64,000 bases of DNA from Selaginella moellendorffii (Eukaryota; Plantae; Lycopodiophyta): assembly GCF_000143415.4 (NCBI RefSeq), contig NW_003314359.1, positions 343,477-407,476 on the forward strand. Direction: 5' to 3'. The translations under genes and the position numbers were made by a program. Of this stretch, positions 60,908 to 64,000 are shown piece after piece; position 1 is the first letter of the stretch; the number at the start of each line of letters is the position of its first letter. Below the pieces are notes generated by a model that did no database searches, was not told the DNA's origin, and was given only the letters and a program-made list of their open reading frames with translations.

Positions 60908-63900
60908 TGTGAGACACAAAATCCCTAGGCCCCAAAGTGGAGCTGGAAAGGGTGCCACGTGGTAGTGGCCGAAGCGAAAGCCAAACGAGCGTAACACGTT
61001 TGGACTAAAAGCTCGGACTTGGAAGGTCGAGAGCGGGAGTGGAACTCCGAACAAAGTGCTCGAGGAACAAGCATGAAGCGAGCAATAAGTGAGGCTCCAA
61101 AAAGGGACCCAAAAAGGACCAACACATGACACGTGGAAGTGTCCGAGATGGAGTCCGAGACGGACCCTAGTTGGAGTCCGAGATGGACCCGAAGTGGAGT
61201 CCAATATGGAGTCCGAAGTGGAGTCCGAGATGGAGTCCGATATGGAGCCCGAGATGGACCCGAAGTGGAGTCCGAGGTGGACAAAGACGGAGTCCGAGAT
61301 GGACCCGAGATGGAGTCCGATATGGAGTCTGAGGTGGACCGAGACGGAGTCCGAGATGGACCTGAGATGGAGTCCGAGATGGAGTCCGAGATGGACCCGA
61401 GATGGAGTCCGAGATGGACTGAGACGGAGTCCGAGATGGAGTCCGAGATGAAGTCTGAGATGGAGTCCGAGATGAAGTCCGAGATGGAGTCTGAGATGGA
61501 CCAAGATGGAGTCCGAGATGGAGTCCGAGAAGGACCCGAGATGGAGTCCGAGGTCGAGACCGAGACCGGGACCGAGACCGAGACCGAGACCGAGACCGGG
61601 ACCAAGACCGGGACCGAGACCGAGACCGAGGCCAAGGCTGAGACCGAGCCCGAGCCCGAGCCCGAGTCCGAGTCCGAGTCCGAGTCCGAGTCTGAGTCCG
61701 AGTCCGAGTCCAAGTCCGAGTTCGAGTCTGAGAGGGTGAAAGCCCAAAGCGTTCGTCTCCCAGACCCTGGGGGGTTTGGTGAGCTCCAAAAGTATAGTAA
61801 GGGGGAGGACTGCAGTGGAGCCAGTTTGGCCAGGAAAGGCCAGTTTGGCCCAGGAAGGCCAGACCCAGTGTTGGGTGATGAACAGACCACTGGGAAGTCC
61901 AAGACTAGAGTGAATACGGACCGACAAGCGGGGTAGCTTGGTGAAGTGTTCAAGAGCCGGCTCTAGTTCCCCCGGGAGATCGACTGGCCGATGCTCCCAG
62001 TCCAAGTGTGGGTGGCACTACCTACTTGGATACCAGGCGTGGCTCAACGGAACCTCGCTCTAAGCCCATGGCTAGAGCACCTAAAGGTGAAAGGCGGGGA
62101 GAGTACCCAGGTGGCTCGCGTAAGGCCACGGTGTTCCGAAATGTTGTCCCAAAGGCCTAGACTGTGGAAAGGAAGAGGAGCAGTCCTCTGGGGTAGTGAC
62201 CAAGAACACAGTCGTGTGGTGAGGAAGTCCCAGAGGACCATGGGACTTAGTGGTCGGGCCTGTGGGCCTCGATCAAGTGACAGTGTTGGCAAACACGGCT
62301 AGGGGCAGAAAGGGACTTGGTAGGAACTGACAAAAGGACTTTGGGGAAGGCGATTCCCCAGGTCTGTGGGCATCCTAAGGATGCTAAGGAGTGGATCTAG
62401 GATGACCACTCGTGGACAGATGGCCCAGTCTTGGGGAGACGGGATGGTGATGCAAGTGGTATTGGACCACTAGTGCAGCAAAGGTGAATGGGCATGGCCT
62501 TAGCGTAATGGGCTGAGATGTCAGTGGTACCTTTGGGTGTCGGTCTTGGGACCGGACATGTGGAGCACTTGGACCAGGTGCAAGTGTTGAGTGGCATGGA
62601 TGCCATTCTTGGGGCTAGCAAGTCCCAAGTCCTGAATTGGACTAATGGAGGTTGTGAATGAGACTCCTCCAAGTGGTCGGAGGTGTGGTTAAGTGACTAA
62701 AGTAGAATGGAAAATTTGGTCGCTAACAACTTGGTATCAGAGCTGTTCCTTAGTCCGACTTTTATTGGTGCTCAAGTATATCACCATTGATGTTGGCATC
62801 GGAAGGTCCTAGGAGTGGGCCTATCCTGGAGGAGTAGCATGTCTAGAGGACATGGCTCTCCACTCAAGTTCATGCGAGAACTTGGGCACAATGTGGTGGA
62901 TAGAAAAGGGCCAATAATGGAACGGCTTTGGGATCTTGGGAACAGTATAAGGTCTCCTTAGAGAGCTGAGGATGTGATCCAAATGAGCGTTTGACGCAGC
63001 AAACGGGCTAACGTAGTTGTGATAAACAACTATAGTTGGGATCACGGGAAAGATGTAGACTCCAAAATAATAAAGGAGTCACAAGATTACCCTCATATAG
63101 TTGAGGCCGGTGCTCATAACTTTGAGACCAGAATTGATGACCATGGGAGGTCAAATATAGGAGAGGACACAAGTCCTCGAAATGGTAGCTGAGGTTACCC
63201 TTGATAAATGCTGGAACAACCCAAGGAGTTGGGGATGTACTTAGAGGATGAGTTGGTATTCTCATCACATGGACAAGTGGTCCTAAGAGGCAGAAGGTTG
63301 CCCCAAGAAAACAAATCAAGTGTCAGAGTAACACTTGCAAAGATGGTCCTTGTGAGTAGGACCTGAATACAATAAGTTGTATTCCAGTGAGCTGGCACCT
63401 CAAAGGTAGGACCTCATGGGTCGTCGGATGACAAAGTCCAAAAAGCTGGATGACTCCAATAGAGTCAAGGAATAATCCTAAAGGATTGATGGAAGCATTT
63501 GGACTGAGGTGTGTGGTACTCCACGAAGGATGGGGGGGATCTTAGGATCCAAGGATGAGAACAGAGGGTATCTCATCAATGGCAAAATGTGCCATGCTAA
63601 AGTCGTGGGAAGAGTGTTCCCAAAAGAAAACAACTTTGAAACAAAGTTGTGTGTGACCTCTATAATGCAGTGCTAACGGATGGTTGGCATGAGAAAGAGT
63701 GGTATTAGTCTTGGCAAAGACTTAGACACAAAGAAGAAGTGTCATAGAGGTAGGCTCGTGGAGCCAATAGTGTGGAGACACCAAACGTGCCAAGGTGTGA
63801 TACCTTGAGGCTATGTTGGTAGGTTCATGAGAACCCCTTGCCAAAGGAATCCTAATGGAAATGGGAATGGCATAGCCTAAGTTGCAGAGCATGCAGTTGG

Positions 63901-64000
63901 AGTGTGGTGACCCAGATAATGATGGAGGTGTGGAAGCACCAGTAATGAGTTGTAGGACTTGACAACTATGAGGCAACTAATCAAGAGGTGCAAAATAATT
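60908..64000 (+). mobile_element. LTR retroelement: 5' LTR 60908-62728, PBS, non-coding interior running off the window
   Basis: TG...CA LTR homologous to the solo LTR. Interior is homologous to 41025-42287 on the - strand. Confidence 0.93.
62732..62743 (+). promoter_or_regulatory. Primer binding site for initiator tRNA-Met
   Basis: TGGTATCAGAGC, 3 nt after the LTR end. Confidence 0.92.

Overview
Plant nuclear DNA with a compact gene layout, short (about 45-90 nt) GT-AG introns and PLS-class PPR genes. This pattern suggests a lycophyte such as Selaginella, which is an inference only. 1-35.4 kb is gene-dense: PEPCK, CCDC47, a Bet v1/SRPBCC gene plus a frameshifted tandem copy, tRNA-Arg(TCT), an RWP-RK/RKD factor, a C2H2 ZAT-type gene, two PPRs, patatin, a MORN-repeat gene, a Q-rich plant protein, a divergent cyclin, an orphan RPxTA-repeat protein, an RBBP6/DWNN gene and a C2-domain gene. 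35.5-64 kb is a nest of transposons. The main find is a 15.7-kb TIR-bounded DNA transposon (43181-58863, TATA target duplication). It carries a Sola-like/DUF7869-type DDD transposase on + and, divergently on -, one large spliced cargo gene. That gene reconstructs as ParB/Srx-like domain, beta-class N4C/N6A DNA-methyltransferase-like fold, acidic linker, FCP1/HAD phosphatase-like domain. About 27 copies of a 22-bp palindrome (ATGGCRTG-N6-CAYGCCAT) are spread through the element, mostly in introns, UTRs and low-complexity linkers; I saw none outside it. This suggests a transposon-encoded protein/cis-site system (parS-like or VANC-like). This copy is pseudogenised by C-to-T-type stops, frameshifts and a solo-LTR insertion. 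Three copies of an LTR family with hexamer arrays and an interrupted Ty3/gypsy gag complete the nest. All domain calls come from motif reading by eye; no searches were run.
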